Assembly: GCA_045544855.1 (NCBI GenBank)
Contig: JAZPZV010000055.1
Coordinates: 19,189-83,188, forward strand
DNA from: Eubacteriales bacterium
Lineage (GTDB): Bacteria; Bacillota; Clostridia; Oscillospirales; CAG-382
Direction of reading: 5' to 3'
Length of the DNA stretch: 64,000 nt
The notes under the pieces were generated by a model. The model was not told where the DNA came from and did no database searches. It saw nothing but the letters and a program-made list of their open reading frames with translations. The translations under genes were made by a program, and so were the position numbers. Below, one piece after another: positions 40,413 through 49,987 of this stretch. Position 1 is the stretch's first letter; every line of letters starts with the position of its first letter.

Positions 40413-42032
40413 TTATTCTTCTCTTGCGATATACTTCTCTTTTGCGAAGAGATAGGTATTGTCGTACACGGTGCGGAACAGGGGGTCTTGGGTCTTACAA
40501 GCCGCAAGGAAGCCTCTGCCGCCCTCGTAGTACATCTTGATGGTGTGCATGAACCCGGTCTTTGCGCCGCAATCCAGGTACTCGGTGTAGCGCTCAATGT
40601 CCGTGGGGTTGTTTCCGCCGGTGAACTCCAGCTCGTAGCAAAGGCCGAACTTCTTTGCCAGCATAGCGTTGTCGTAAAGCCGCTGCTTGACGGCATTCTT
40701 GGAGAAGGAATAGTTGGGCTGAACGCAGGCCACGTCAAAGCCGTTTTCCTTCCAGCGGTCGTAGCCCCAGGCCTGGTAGTAGGGGATCCAGATCAGCTTG
40801 TAGCCCAGGCTGTGAACGTAATCCTTGGCGTATTCCAGAACCTCCAATTCCAGCGGATCGCTGTAAGTGATCTGCTCCTCAAACCAATAGAAGCCGGAAA
40901 GCTGCAGGTAGGGGCGCTCCTTTTCGTGGTAACGCTTCAAGGCCTCGTCGATATACCACTTGGTCACCTTCTTGCGGCCTTCCGCGGTGGAAAGATCCTC
41001 GTCCACACCGTCCCCGTCCAGATCACCGAACTTTTCGGGGAAATCACCGTATTCCGGCTTGGTGTGGAGGATGGAAAGGAATACCTTGCTCTTTTGCTCC
41101 ACGCCCAGCTCCTTGCAGACGATCTCCGTGGCGGTGTTCAAGGCGTCCACGTTCCAGCCGTCCTTAAAGGTGTTGTCCAGATAATACTTCCAGCCCTCGG
41201 CACACTTGTACAGGGCGGAATAGGTGAAGTTGGAGAAGGGCAAGAACAAAGCGCCGTCAAAGAAGGTGTCCTTCAGATTGCCCTCCTTGTCGTAATACCC
41301 CACGTAGGGCAGAAATTCCTCCACGGTAAAGGGACGACCCTGGGGATGCTTTTCCGGGGGCATACTGTGGTAAGCCAGGACGATATTATGCACCCCGTCC
41401 AGCTCCTCGTAAGCGGGATAGCGGTTCATAATGCGGGGGTCCATCTCTCCCTCGTCGGGGATGATCTCCACAGCCCCCTCCAAGTCCGTACGGCCGTACA
41501 GGGAGAAGGACTCGATCCAAACGTGTGCCCCCAGATCGAAGGCAAACTTCACGTAAGAGGCGCGGTAAGCGCAGTCGAAGGCTCCTTCCACGGGGAAAAT
41601 ACGGTCTTCCCGATCCGTAACGGTGCAACGCTGACGGGAGACCAGCTTCCAATCCGCCCCGTTTTCGGAAAGATACACGTCCAAATGGGAAGGGATGCCC
41701 ACTCCCGCACTCTTCTGGTACAGGAACTTGGCGCAGAAGCCCGCGGCGGCGGAACGGTAGGGAAGCTTGAAATAGACAGCCCGCCCCGTGCCTGCGGTGA
41801 AATGGGTGCAGGCGGGATCGTGAAAATCGTACACCTTGCAGGTGGTGCCGTCGGTGAGGTTGAAGAGATGATCGGGGGAGTTGAAGTGGTCCGTCCGAAA
41901 CTGCTCGGGGATGGGAGCATCGGATTCCACACCCAAATGGGGGACTCCCGCCAGCAGATCTGCCGTTTCCTTGGCAGGCGCTTCACACAGGGGAGAGGGG
42001 CCGTCAAAGGCAAAAGACTTATAGTAGCTCAT
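40413..42032 (-). CDS. hypothetical protein: N-terminal discoidin-like domain plus DUF4855-like TIM-barrel-like domain, no signal peptide
   Basis: ATG at 42030-42032 with AAGGAG RBS (listed ORF trimmed). The family assignment is from memory of DUF4855-type sequences and needs an HMM check. Confidence 0.5.
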   Translation of the reverse strand: MSYYKSFAFDGPSPLCEAPAKETADLLAGVPHLGVESDAPIPEQFRTDHFNSPDHLFNLTDGTTCKVYDFHDPACTHFTAGTGRAVYFKLPYRSAAAGFCAKFLYQKSAGVGIPSHLDVYLSENGADWKLVSRQRCTVTDREDRIFPVEGAFDCAYRASYVKFAFDLGAHVWIESFSLYGRTDLEGAVEIIPDEGEMDPRIMNRYPAYEELDGVHNIVLAYHSMPPEKHPQGRPFTVEEFLPYVGYYDKEGNLKDTFFDGALFLPFSNFTYSALYKCAEGWKYYLDNTFKDGWNVDALNTATEIVCKELGVEQKSKVFLSILHTKPEYGDFPEKFGDLDGDGVDEDLSTAEGRKKVTKWYIDEALKRYHEKERPYLQLSGFYWFEEQITYSDPLELEVLEYAKDYVHSLGYKLIWIPYYQAWGYDRWKENGFDVACVQPNYSFSKNAVKQRLYDNAMLAKKFGLCYELEFTGGNNPTDIERYTEYLDCGAKTGFMHTIKMYYEGGRGFLAACKTQDPLFRTVYDNTYLFAKEKYIAREE

Positions 42033-42237
42033 AAAAAACTCCTTATATAGCAAGAAAATTCGTGCTTTTCTATTTGCATGATAACATAAAGGCCACCCCT
42101 TTACAAGGGGCAGCCTGTACAAAAACCGCAACAATTTTTTGTTTGGGTTGACAAATAAAAATTTTTCGGGTATTCTAAAAATAGTTTGTAACGTTTTGCG
42201 TCCTTCTTTATCTAACAGGTGAAAGGAGATGAGAGCC

Positions 42238-42723
42238 GTGGTCAATTTTGAAAAGCTGTACGCAGACAACCAAGGACTGGTGTTCGGGTATCTGCGCCGC
42301 CTGTGCCGAGACGAATCCCTGGCGGAGGAGCTGACCCAGGAGACCTTTTTTCGGGCCTATATGAACCTTGCCTCCCTGCGGAAGGAAGAAAGTGCCCCCT
42401 CCTGGCTGTGTCAGATCGCCAAAAACGCCTATTTCGCTTGGTACAACGAAGCCAAACGGCATTCCTCTTCAGAACTTTCGGAGGAACTGCAGTCTCCGGA
42501 GAGTTTAGAAGATACCGTCGTCCGTAAGGAACTGGGCAGGCAAGCCATGGAAGCCTTAGAGGCATTGGAGGAGCCATACCGCACCGTGTTTATGTTGGCG
42601 GCTCTGGAAGACGTGCCTCTTGGGGAGATCAGCCGCCGTTTCCAAAAAAGCGAAAGCTGGGCGAGGGTGATCTATCACCGTGCCGGCAAAAAGCTGGCAG
42701 AAAGAATGAAGGAGTATTTATGA
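42238..42723 (+). CDS. ECF-type RNA polymerase sigma factor
   Basis: Region 2 (EELTQETFFRAY) and region 4 (PYRTVFMLAALEDVPLGEIS). The GTG at 42238 has better RBS spacing than the ATG at 42229. Confidence 0.85.
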   Translation: MVNFEKLYADNQGLVFGYLRRLCRDESLAEELTQETFFRAYMNLASLRKEESAPSWLCQIAKNAYFAWYNEAKRHSSSELSEELQSPESLEDTVVRKELGRQAMEALEALEEPYRTVFMLAALEDVPLGEISRRFQKSESWARVIYHRAGKKLAERMKEYL

Positions 42724-43319
42724 AACATTGTGAAGTGATCCGTGACCTGATCCCTCTGTACGCAGACGGGTGCTGTTCCGAAAACACCCGTACCCTGGTG
42801 GAGGAGCATTTGGCGGTATGTCCCGCCTGTAAGGAAGAATACGATCTGATGAAGGGGGCTTTTGCGGAGCTGACCCCTGCGCCTACGAAGAAATTTACTC
42901 GCGTGAAGGAATGGCAGGCTTCTTTGCTCCAATCCATTCTGTTGTTCGTTTCCTTCCTGGCCATCACCTTCGGGGTGGCAAAGGAGGCGGCAAGCCCTGC
43001 GGGATTGGACAACGGGTTCTGGGCGTTTGCCATGGTGATCCCCTTTACGGGATTTATGCTGTCTCTTGCCCATTGGTATTTCGTCAGGTTGTATAAGAGC
43101 CGCAAGACCTTCGTGCTGTGCTCCTGGCTGACCACCGCGGGGCTGATCGCAGGGGCGTTCTTTTGGGGACTTTGGCATTACGACGCCTTCGACGCAGCAC
43201 TGCTTTACCTGCATCCCTATTTCGGTTTTGCGTTTGGATTTTTGCCTTTGTCGTTGTTCCTGGTGGCTTGCTCCGTGAGCTTTTCCTCCCTGTACGCCAA
43301 GTGGGTGGGAAAGGAATGA
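42720..43319 (+). CDS. membrane anti-sigma factor (zf-HC2 type)
   Basis: N-terminal HxxxCxxC-type motif (EEHLAVCPACKEE), several TM helices, ATGA overlap with the sigma gene. Confidence 0.8.
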   Translation: MKHCEVIRDLIPLYADGCCSENTRTLVEEHLAVCPACKEEYDLMKGAFAELTPAPTKKFTRVKEWQASLLQSILLFVSFLAITFGVAKEAASPAGLDNGFWAFAMVIPFTGFMLSLAHWYFVRLYKSRKTFVLCSWLTTAGLIAGAFFWGLWHYDAFDAALLYLHPYFGFAFGFLPLSLFLVACSVSFSSLYAKWVGKE

Positions 43320-43403
43320 AGAAAGCAGGCGATTGATTTCCCCTTGACAAACCCGCCGTTCTGCCGTATAATGAAAAAAACGATGAATAAAGGACGGTTT
43401 GCC

Positions 43404-44387
43404 ATGAAAAAACTCTTATGCGTATGCCTTGCCGCACTTTGTGCCTGTCTTGCCGCTTGCGGCGGGGAAGAGGTGTCCGGCCCGGAAGAAAGCATTCAAA
43501 GCTCTGCCCCCGAAAGCATGGAGGAATCTTCTATGGAAAGCTCTGAAGAAATCTCTATCGACGTGATCGGTGAGCTGCGGGATTCTGCAAATGGAATGAT
43601 CGACAGCCTGAACTACACCAACAACGGCAGAATGGGCGACCTGGACGGCACCGCCTTTGCCATCTATTCTCCCATCGGCTACAACGGCGCTTCCGCTACC
43701 CTCGACCTGAAAAATGCACAGCTCCAACGGGTTCTTCCCGACGGCAGATTCATCAACGCCTACGCCTTCTTCGGTGTGGACGTGTACTCCGGGGAGTGGT
43801 GGCAGAATTGCGTGGACGTGGGCTTCTGCCGTAGCGGTCAGACCGGAAGATGGCATCTGTTCTACAATATGTACGAGCCTCTGAACGAGGACACCCGTAC
43901 CTGGTACGAGTCCTCCGTGAACCTGCCCGACGATATCTACGACATGACCTTTGCCATGGAGGGGGATCAGTACGTCCGCCTCACCGTTACCGGCCGCAAC
44001 AGAGGCAGAACGGACACCGTGTTGGTGGAGGTGAAGGGTGCCAAGGCAGACGGCAGTAACACCGCTTTCCTGTTCAACGCGGCTCTTGACTACCCGCCGG
44101 ACACTATGGTGGACAGAGAGGGCAACCCTTGCAGCGATTTCGTGGAGATCACCCTGGCCTGTACCGACCTGGGGCTGTACTTCCGCAACCTGTACGTTTC
44201 CGAGCTGAAGCTGTACAGCGAAGAGAAGCCCGAGGGGGAGGTTTGGACCTCCGATCTGGCGCAATCCACCGGCATCTGGCCGGACCAGTCCTACAAGGGC
44301 TTTGATTACGCTCCCACCACGGTGTATACCTTCGACGGCTCTGCCTACGTCATCGACTTCGACATGAACCGCAAAAAGGGCGAATAA
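43404..44387 (+). CDS. lipoprotein of unknown function
   Basis: MKKLLCVCLAALCACLAAC lipobox followed by an acidic Ser/Glu linker. I recognise no family. Confidence 0.65.
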   Translation: MKKLLCVCLAALCACLAACGGEEVSGPEESIQSSAPESMEESSMESSEEISIDVIGELRDSANGMIDSLNYTNNGRMGDLDGTAFAIYSPIGYNGASATLDLKNAQLQRVLPDGRFINAYAFFGVDVYSGEWWQNCVDVGFCRSGQTGRWHLFYNMYEPLNEDTRTWYESSVNLPDDIYDMTFAMEGDQYVRLTVTGRNRGRTDTVLVEVKGAKADGSNTAFLFNAALDYPPDTMVDREGNPCSDFVEITLACTDLGLYFRNLYVSELKLYSEEKPEGEVWTSDLAQSTGIWPDQSYKGFDYAPTTVYTFDGSAYVIDFDMNRKKGE

Positions 44388-44395
44388 CGAAAACT

Positions 44396-44423
44396 GCGCT
44401 TCCCGTAAGGGAGGCGCTTTTTT
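44396..44423 (+). terminator. intrinsic terminator
   Basis: GCGCTTCCC GTAA GGGAGGCGC followed by TTTTTT. Confidence 0.75.
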
Positions 44424-44500
44424 ACGTCGGCGTCCAAAAGGGCGGGGTCGTTTTTGAACTGCAGATGGGAAGCCAAGTCGGCGCATGGCTATGGCTACGT

Positions 44501-44833
44501 GTCATCCTGAGGGAGCCCGAAGGGCGAGTCGAAATTTTCGTAGTCGAGGCGTAGCCGAGCGGAGAAAATCAAGGGGTGCTTGCACCCCCGTAAGGGGATT
44601 AGCAGGGATATGAGACGAGTCTGATATACCTTTCCGAGGGTAAAGAACTGTTGATTGGTAACAAAGAGAACGAGGGAACGGCCGTATCGAAAGACATTCC
44701 CATACCCTCAAAAAATGCAGGCATTTTTTGCCTTCCGTTCGGGTTTACACCACTCACGGAAGTTCGACGCGGCAGGGGTTTTGCTGTGTCTTCCCGAAAA
44801 AAATACTGTGCACCCTGCCTTGCTCAGGGTGAC
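44501..44833. repeat. TIR-bounded MITE-like element (C-E1, 333 bp, type 1)
   Basis: GTCATCCTGAG at 44501-44511 and CTCAGGGTGAC at 44823-44833. Confidence 0.7.
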
Positions 44834-44959
44834 AAACGGACACAGCGGCTCCGTTCCGCGCGGCCAACCCGCAGGGTTGGTATACGCAGGATGACATCCT
44901 TATGTGGGGTTGGATGTTTACGTATCTTTGTAAGGAGTAAAGCCTTCCGACGTCAGCGT

Positions 44960-45368
44960 GTCATCCTGAGCACGCGCGGAACGTAGTAGATGTGGCTACG
45001 TATTGCAGTCATCGCCGCGCACGTCGAAGTTTTGCGGAGAAAGCAAGGTGCATATAGCGGCATAAAAGTAGTTTGCTTTTTGATCTGCATCGGCCGCGAT
45101 GCACCGTTCGGAGCAAAACCGAGCCCTGCTTGCAGGGCGAAGGGATATGAGACGAGTCTGATGTACCTTTTTGAAAGCAAAGAACTGTTTATTGGTAACA
45201 GGCAGAACGCAGAACGGCCGTATCGAAAGACATTCCCATACCCTCAAAAAATGCAGGCATTTTTTGCCTTCCGTTCGGGTTTGCACCACTCACGGAAGTT
45301 CGACGCGCGCGGAGATGTATCGCAGTGTGTAGCCGCAACAAATACGACCCGCGCTTGCTCAGGGTGAC
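44960..45368. repeat. TIR-bounded MITE-like element (C-E2, 409 bp)
   Basis: GTCATCCTGAGCACGCGCGG at the left end and CCGCGCTTGCTCAGGGTGAC at the right end (about 20-nt TIR). Confidence 0.7.
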
Positions 45369-45532
45369 AAGAAGCCGTGACCAAGTCGGCACAATGCTTT
45401 CGGTTTAAGCGTAGTTTTATTACGCCGATGTCAAAAATAGCAAGCTGTTTTTGAAATCTTGGGATCGAAACGCGGGGTACGCCTCCTCACGCCCCCTTCC
45501 GCCTTTTTCTCCCGAAAAAACCCAATCCCCTC

Positions 45533-45561
45533 TTGCTTTTTCCGTCAAACGGGTGTATAAT
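45533..45561 (+). promoter_or_regulatory. sigma-A type promoter of the SulP gene
   Basis: TTGCTT (45533-45538), 17-nt spacer, TATAAT (45556-45561). Confidence 0.5.
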
Positions 45562-45605
45562 CAACTGCTTTATGAAAACATCCCTTTGAAAGAGAACTGA
45601 TTCCT

Positions 45606-47234
45606 ATGAAAAACCTGTTCCGACCCAAGCTGATCGACACCCTGAAGGGGTATTCCGCCAAGCAATTGATCGGCGATTTTGTGGCGGGGCTGATCGTGGC
45701 CATCATTGCCCTGCCCCTGTCCATCGCGCTTGCCATTGCCTCGGGGGTGTCTCCCGAAAAGGGCATTTACACCGCCATCATTGCGGGCTTTGTCATCTCC
45801 CTGCTGGGAGGCTCCCGTGTGAACATCTCCGGCCCTACGGCGGCCTTTGCCACCATCGTGGCGGGGATCGTTGCCACCCACGGCATGGAGGGGCTGATCC
45901 TTGCCACCCTCATGGCAGGTGTGATCCTGATCCTTATGGGGCTTTTGAAGTTCGGCTCTCTCATCAAGTACATTCCCTGCACCATTACCACGGGCTTTAC
46001 CGCAGGCATCGCCGTGACCATTGCCATCGGACAGATAAAGGATTTCCTTGGCCTGACCTATCCCGAGGGGACCCACGCCGTGGAGACCATGGAAAAGGCG
46101 GAGGCGGTTGCCAAGTCCATCCATACCGCAAATCTTTGGGCGCTGTTGGTGGGCGGGGTGGCTCTGCTGATCCTCATCGTTTGGCCCTATATCAGCAAGA
46201 AGATCCCCGGTTCTCTCATCGCGGTTTTGGTGGGGTCGGGGATGGTGTTCCTGTTTGACATCCCCGTGAACACCATCGGCGATCTGTACGCCATCGACGG
46301 GGCGTTGCCCTCCTTTGCATTGCCCTCCTTCTCTCCCGAGCTGTTGATCGAATTGCTCCCCAACGCCGTGACCATCGCCGTGCTGGCGGGGATCGAATCT
46401 CTGCTTTCCTGCGTGGTGTCCGACGGGATGATAGGCGATAAGCACAATTCCAACACCGAGCTCATTGCCCAGGGCGTGGGCAACATCTGCTCCGGTCTCT
46501 TCGGCGGCATCCCCGCAACGGGGGCCATTGCCAGAACCGCCGCCAACGTAAAGAACGGGGGCAGAACTCCTGTGGCGGGAATGGTACACGCCGCCGTGCT
46601 TTTGTTGGTGCTGGTGGCGCTGATGCCTCTGGCCTCCTACATCCCCATGCCCGTCATCGCCGCCATTCTGTTTATGGTGGCCTACAACATGAGCGAGTGG
46701 CGGGGCTTTGTGAAGCTTTGCAAGACCGCACCTCTTACGGACATTCTGGTGTTGGTGGTGACCTTTGTTCTCACCGTGGTGTTCGACCTGGTGGTGGCCA
46801 TCGCCGTGGGCATCATCCTGGCCGTGGTGTTCTTTATGAAGCACATGGCAGACCACACCCGTCTGCGTGTCTGGACCCACGACGTGGAGGGGCGGAAGAA
46901 GGAGCTTCCCCGCCGTGTCTCCGTCATCGAGCTGGACGGTCCTATGTTCTTTGCCTCGGCGGATAAGTTCGGGGATATGCACGGGGAAAACGATACCAAG
47001 GTGCTGATCCTGCGTATGCACGACGTGCCTTATTTGGATGCCACCGCCATGAAGAATCTGTTTGCCCTTCAAAAGCTGTGCAAAGAAAAGGACGTGACCT
47101 TGCTTCTTTGCCACGTGGAGGAACAGCCCCTTGCCGCCATGAAGCGGGCGGGACTGGTGGAGGCCCTGGGAGAGGACCGCTTGGTAAAGACCATCGACGA
47201 CGCCTTGGCAAAGGCCAATACCTATTTGGAATGA
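45606..47234 (+). CDS. SulP family inorganic anion transporter with C-terminal STAS domain
   Basis: Multi-TM core with GAIARTAANVKNGGRTPVAG, plus a STAS-like tail (VLILRMHDVPYLDATAMKNL). Confidence 0.9.
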   Translation: MKNLFRPKLIDTLKGYSAKQLIGDFVAGLIVAIIALPLSIALAIASGVSPEKGIYTAIIAGFVISLLGGSRVNISGPTAAFATIVAGIVATHGMEGLILATLMAGVILILMGLLKFGSLIKYIPCTITTGFTAGIAVTIAIGQIKDFLGLTYPEGTHAVETMEKAEAVAKSIHTANLWALLVGGVALLILIVWPYISKKIPGSLIAVLVGSGMVFLFDIPVNTIGDLYAIDGALPSFALPSFSPELLIELLPNAVTIAVLAGIESLLSCVVSDGMIGDKHNSNTELIAQGVGNICSGLFGGIPATGAIARTAANVKNGGRTPVAGMVHAAVLLLVLVALMPLASYIPMPVIAAILFMVAYNMSEWRGFVKLCKTAPLTDILVLVVTFVLTVVFDLVVAIAVGIILAVVFFMKHMADHTRLRVWTHDVEGRKKELPRRVSVIELDGPMFFASADKFGDMHGENDTKVLILRMHDVPYLDATAMKNLFALQKLCKEKDVTLLLCHVEEQPLAAMKRAGLVEALGEDRLVKTIDDALAKANTYLE

Positions 47235-47242
47235 CCCCTACA

Positions 47243-47270
47243 AAAGAGCCTGTAAAAAGGCTCTTTTTTT
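47243..47270. terminator. terminator between convergent genes
   Basis: AAAGAGCC TGTAAAAA GGCTCTTT followed by TTTT. Confidence 0.65.
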
Positions 47271-47323
47271 CGGGTTTCTATTGATTTTTTTGTGCCTTTG
47301 GAGTATAATATTTTGATGGAGAG

Positions 47324-48727
47324 TTATAGGGATGCCAGGTCGGAAACGGTAACGAATTCGTACCCCATTTCCTTCAGTCTGGGGATGAGGATCTCCAGCG
47401 CCTCCGCCGTGGGGCTTTTACCCGCCACGTAATCGTGGAACAGGATGATGTTCCCGTCCCGCACTCCCTTCAGCACGGTGTTCACCACGCTGTCCACGGA
47501 GACGGACGCCCAATCGCGGGTGTCCACCCGCCAGGACCAAAGGACGTAGCGGTAGCCCAAGCGGTTCACCAGCTCTACAGCCTCCCCCGTGATATCTCCT
47601 CCGGGAGGGCGGAACACCTTGGGGGTGACCCCGCAGAGGTCCTGCAGCAGGAATTCCGTCTGCAAGATCTCCCCCTGCAACGCCTCTTCGGAGAGGGCGG
47701 ACACCTTACAATGGGAATAGGTGTGGTTGCCGATCTCATGGCCTTGCAGTCTTGCCATCTTCACCAGCTCGGGATGCGCTTTTACGTTTTCCCCGATGGG
47801 GAAGAAGGTGGCCTTCACCCCGTGCTTTTGAAGCACCGCAAGGATCCTCGGCGTCTGGGTGGCGTGAGGACCGTCGTCAAAGGTCAGCGCCAGATATTTC
47901 CCCGCATGGGGATTTTCCGAAAACACCAGCCCTTGCTCGCGGTAATCCGTGATGTCAAAGGAGGGCGTTACCCGTAGCTCCTCCAAAGAGCCGAAGCGAT
48001 ACCCCTGCTTTTCCGCTTCCGTCAGAAATCTGTCCAGAATGGCGGCGTTGGTGGCGGAGGTGGGATGGAGCAACAGCACCTCACCGGGGTGCAGGTTGGA
48101 AAGCAGCTTGTCCAAGGCCTTTTCTTTACTCATCTGGGCATTGTTGTCCCAATCGGCGTAGGCGTAGGACCAGAACACCGGGGTATACCCCAATTCCTTG
48201 CAGAACTTCAAGGTGTTTTCCGAAAACGTACCCTCCGGCGGGCGGAAATAGGGGGCCATCTCCTTGCCTGTCAGTTGGGTGTAGGCTTCCTCCGCACCTG
48301 TCAGCTCCTTACGAAAAACTTCGATGTCCGTGATGGATGCCATATTCTTATGGGTGGTGCTGTGGTTGCACACCAAATGCCCCTCCCTTTCCATACGGAG
48401 AACCACCTCGGGGGAATGCTTGATGATCCCCGGCAGGATGAAGAAAGCACCCTTGGCGTTATGCTTTTGCAGAACGTCCAGAACCTTGGCCACGTTGCCG
48501 TTTTCGTATCCTGCGTCAAAGGTCAGGTACAGCACCTTCTCGTCGGGAGATCCCAAGGCGATGCCGCCGTAGTTCTGCCACAAATTGTTCCCGTCCAAAA
48601 GCTGGGGCTGTTTTTGCCCTGCGGGCTTGAAGAACCAGCGGTATTCCGTGGCCGCAGAAACGGACAGGGAAAGGGTGCAGAAGCACAAAACCAACAGAAA
48701 AACGGATATCCGTTTGAATCTTTTCAA
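47324..48727 (-). CDS. secreted polysaccharide deacetylase with two NodB domains (PdaA-like plus second CE4 domain)
   Basis: Signal peptide. YLTFDAGYENG...HLVCNHSTTH and LALTFDDGPHA...HEIGNHTYSH. Confidence 0.85.
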   Translation of the reverse strand: MKRFKRISVFLLVLCFCTLSLSVSAATEYRWFFKPAGQKQPQLLDGNNLWQNYGGIALGSPDEKVLYLTFDAGYENGNVAKVLDVLQKHNAKGAFFILPGIIKHSPEVVLRMEREGHLVCNHSTTHKNMASITDIEVFRKELTGAEEAYTQLTGKEMAPYFRPPEGTFSENTLKFCKELGYTPVFWSYAYADWDNNAQMSKEKALDKLLSNLHPGEVLLLHPTSATNAAILDRFLTEAEKQGYRFGSLEELRVTPSFDITDYREQGLVFSENPHAGKYLALTFDDGPHATQTPRILAVLQKHGVKATFFPIGENVKAHPELVKMARLQGHEIGNHTYSHCKVSALSEEALQGEILQTEFLLQDLCGVTPKVFRPPGGDITGEAVELVNRLGYRYVLWSWRVDTRDWASVSVDSVVNTVLKGVRDGNIILFHDYVAGKSPTAEALEILIPRLKEMGYEFVTVSDLASL

Positions 48728-48824
48728 AAATAAAAACCTCCTTTCTTCGGTTTGTCAATAGTGTTTGCCGTTGAATTCGGTTTTATCGCAGAGAATTTTT
48801 TCATCAAAAAAGAGGAACCCTACC

Positions 48825-49985
48825 GTGAGCACCATCGGCGAGAAATCTTTAGAAATGCATTATCGGTGGAAAGGGAAGATCGAGATCGCTTCCCGCACTA
48901 CCGCAGACACCAAGGAGGCCTTGAGTCTGGCCTACACCCCCGGGGTGGCACAGCCCTGTCTGGAGATCCAAAGGGATATCGATAAATCCTACGACCTCAC
49001 CCGCCGCTGGAACACCGTGGCGGTGATCACCGACGGCTCTGCGGTTTTGGGGCTGGGGAACATCGGCCCGGAGGCGGGGATGCCCGTGATGGAAGGGAAG
49101 TGCCTGCTGTTCAAGGAGTTCGGCGGGGTGGACGCCATTCCGCTGTGCATCCGATCCCAAGAGGTGGATGAATTCGTCCGCACGGTGGAATTGCTTTTGG
49201 GCTCTTTTGGCGGGGTGAATTTGGAGGATATCTCCGCTCCCCGTTGCTTTGAGATCGAGCGGAAGCTGCAGGCGGTTTCCGATATTCCCATCTTCCACGA
49301 CGATCAGCACGGCACTGCCGTGGTGGTTGCCGCAGGGGTGTTGAACGCCTTGAAGGTGGCGGGAAAGAAAATGGAAGAGATCACCGTTTGCATTTGCGGG
49401 GCAGGTGCGGCGGGGTGCGCCATCGGCAGGATGCTTATGGATCTGGGAGCAGGGGACGTGATCTTCTGCGACAAGGAGGGCATTTTGCAAAGCGAAGATC
49501 CCCGCATGGACGTAGAGCGGCAGAGATTGCTTTTCGGCACGAACAAAACGGGAAAAGAAGGACTTCTTCCCCAAGCGGTGGAAGGAGCAGACGTGTTCGT
49601 GGGCGTTTCCGCCCCCGGGCTTTTGACCGGGGAGATGGTGAAGACCATGAAGGAAAAGGCCATCGTGTTCGCCATGGCAAACCCCACCCCCGAGATCTTC
49701 CCCGAGGAAGCGCTGGAAGCGGGGGCTTTGGTGGTGGGCACGGGGAGAAGCGATTATCCCAACCAGGTGAACAACGTGCTGGCGTTCCCCGGCATCTTCC
49801 GCGGTACGCTGGATGCACGGGCGAAGGCCATTACCAAAGAAATGAAGATGGCGGCGGCGTGCGCTTTGGCGGGCTTGGTCTCCGAATCGGAGCTGACCCC
49901 CACCCGTATTTTGCCCGACGCCTTTGATAACCGTGTGGCGGCCGCTGTTGCAAAAGCCGTTGCAAGCGCATGGAAGGAGATTTGA
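48825..49985 (+). CDS. NAD(P)-dependent malic enzyme (short form)
   Basis: SLAYTPGVA, VITDGSAVLGLGNIGP, FHDDQHGTA and GAGAAG motifs. GTG at 48825 with AGAGGA RBS; the start is uncertain. Confidence 0.85.
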   Translation: MSTIGEKSLEMHYRWKGKIEIASRTTADTKEALSLAYTPGVAQPCLEIQRDIDKSYDLTRRWNTVAVITDGSAVLGLGNIGPEAGMPVMEGKCLLFKEFGGVDAIPLCIRSQEVDEFVRTVELLLGSFGGVNLEDISAPRCFEIERKLQAVSDIPIFHDDQHGTAVVVAAGVLNALKVAGKKMEEITVCICGAGAAGCAIGRMLMDLGAGDVIFCDKEGILQSEDPRMDVERQRLLFGTNKTGKEGLLPQAVEGADVFVGVSAPGLLTGEMVKTMKEKAIVFAMANPTPEIFPEEALEAGALVVGTGRSDYPNQVNNVLAFPGIFRGTLDARAKAITKEMKMAAACALAGLVSESELTPTRILPDAFDNRVAAAVAKAVASAWKEI

Positions 49986-49987
49986 AC

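Larger units (their letters stand above)
44425..45480. repeat. repeat array C: linker / element / degenerate unit / element / linker
   Basis: Same module set as arrays A and B. The 70-nt core at 44561-44630 differs from 17088-17157 at one position. Confidence 0.85.
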
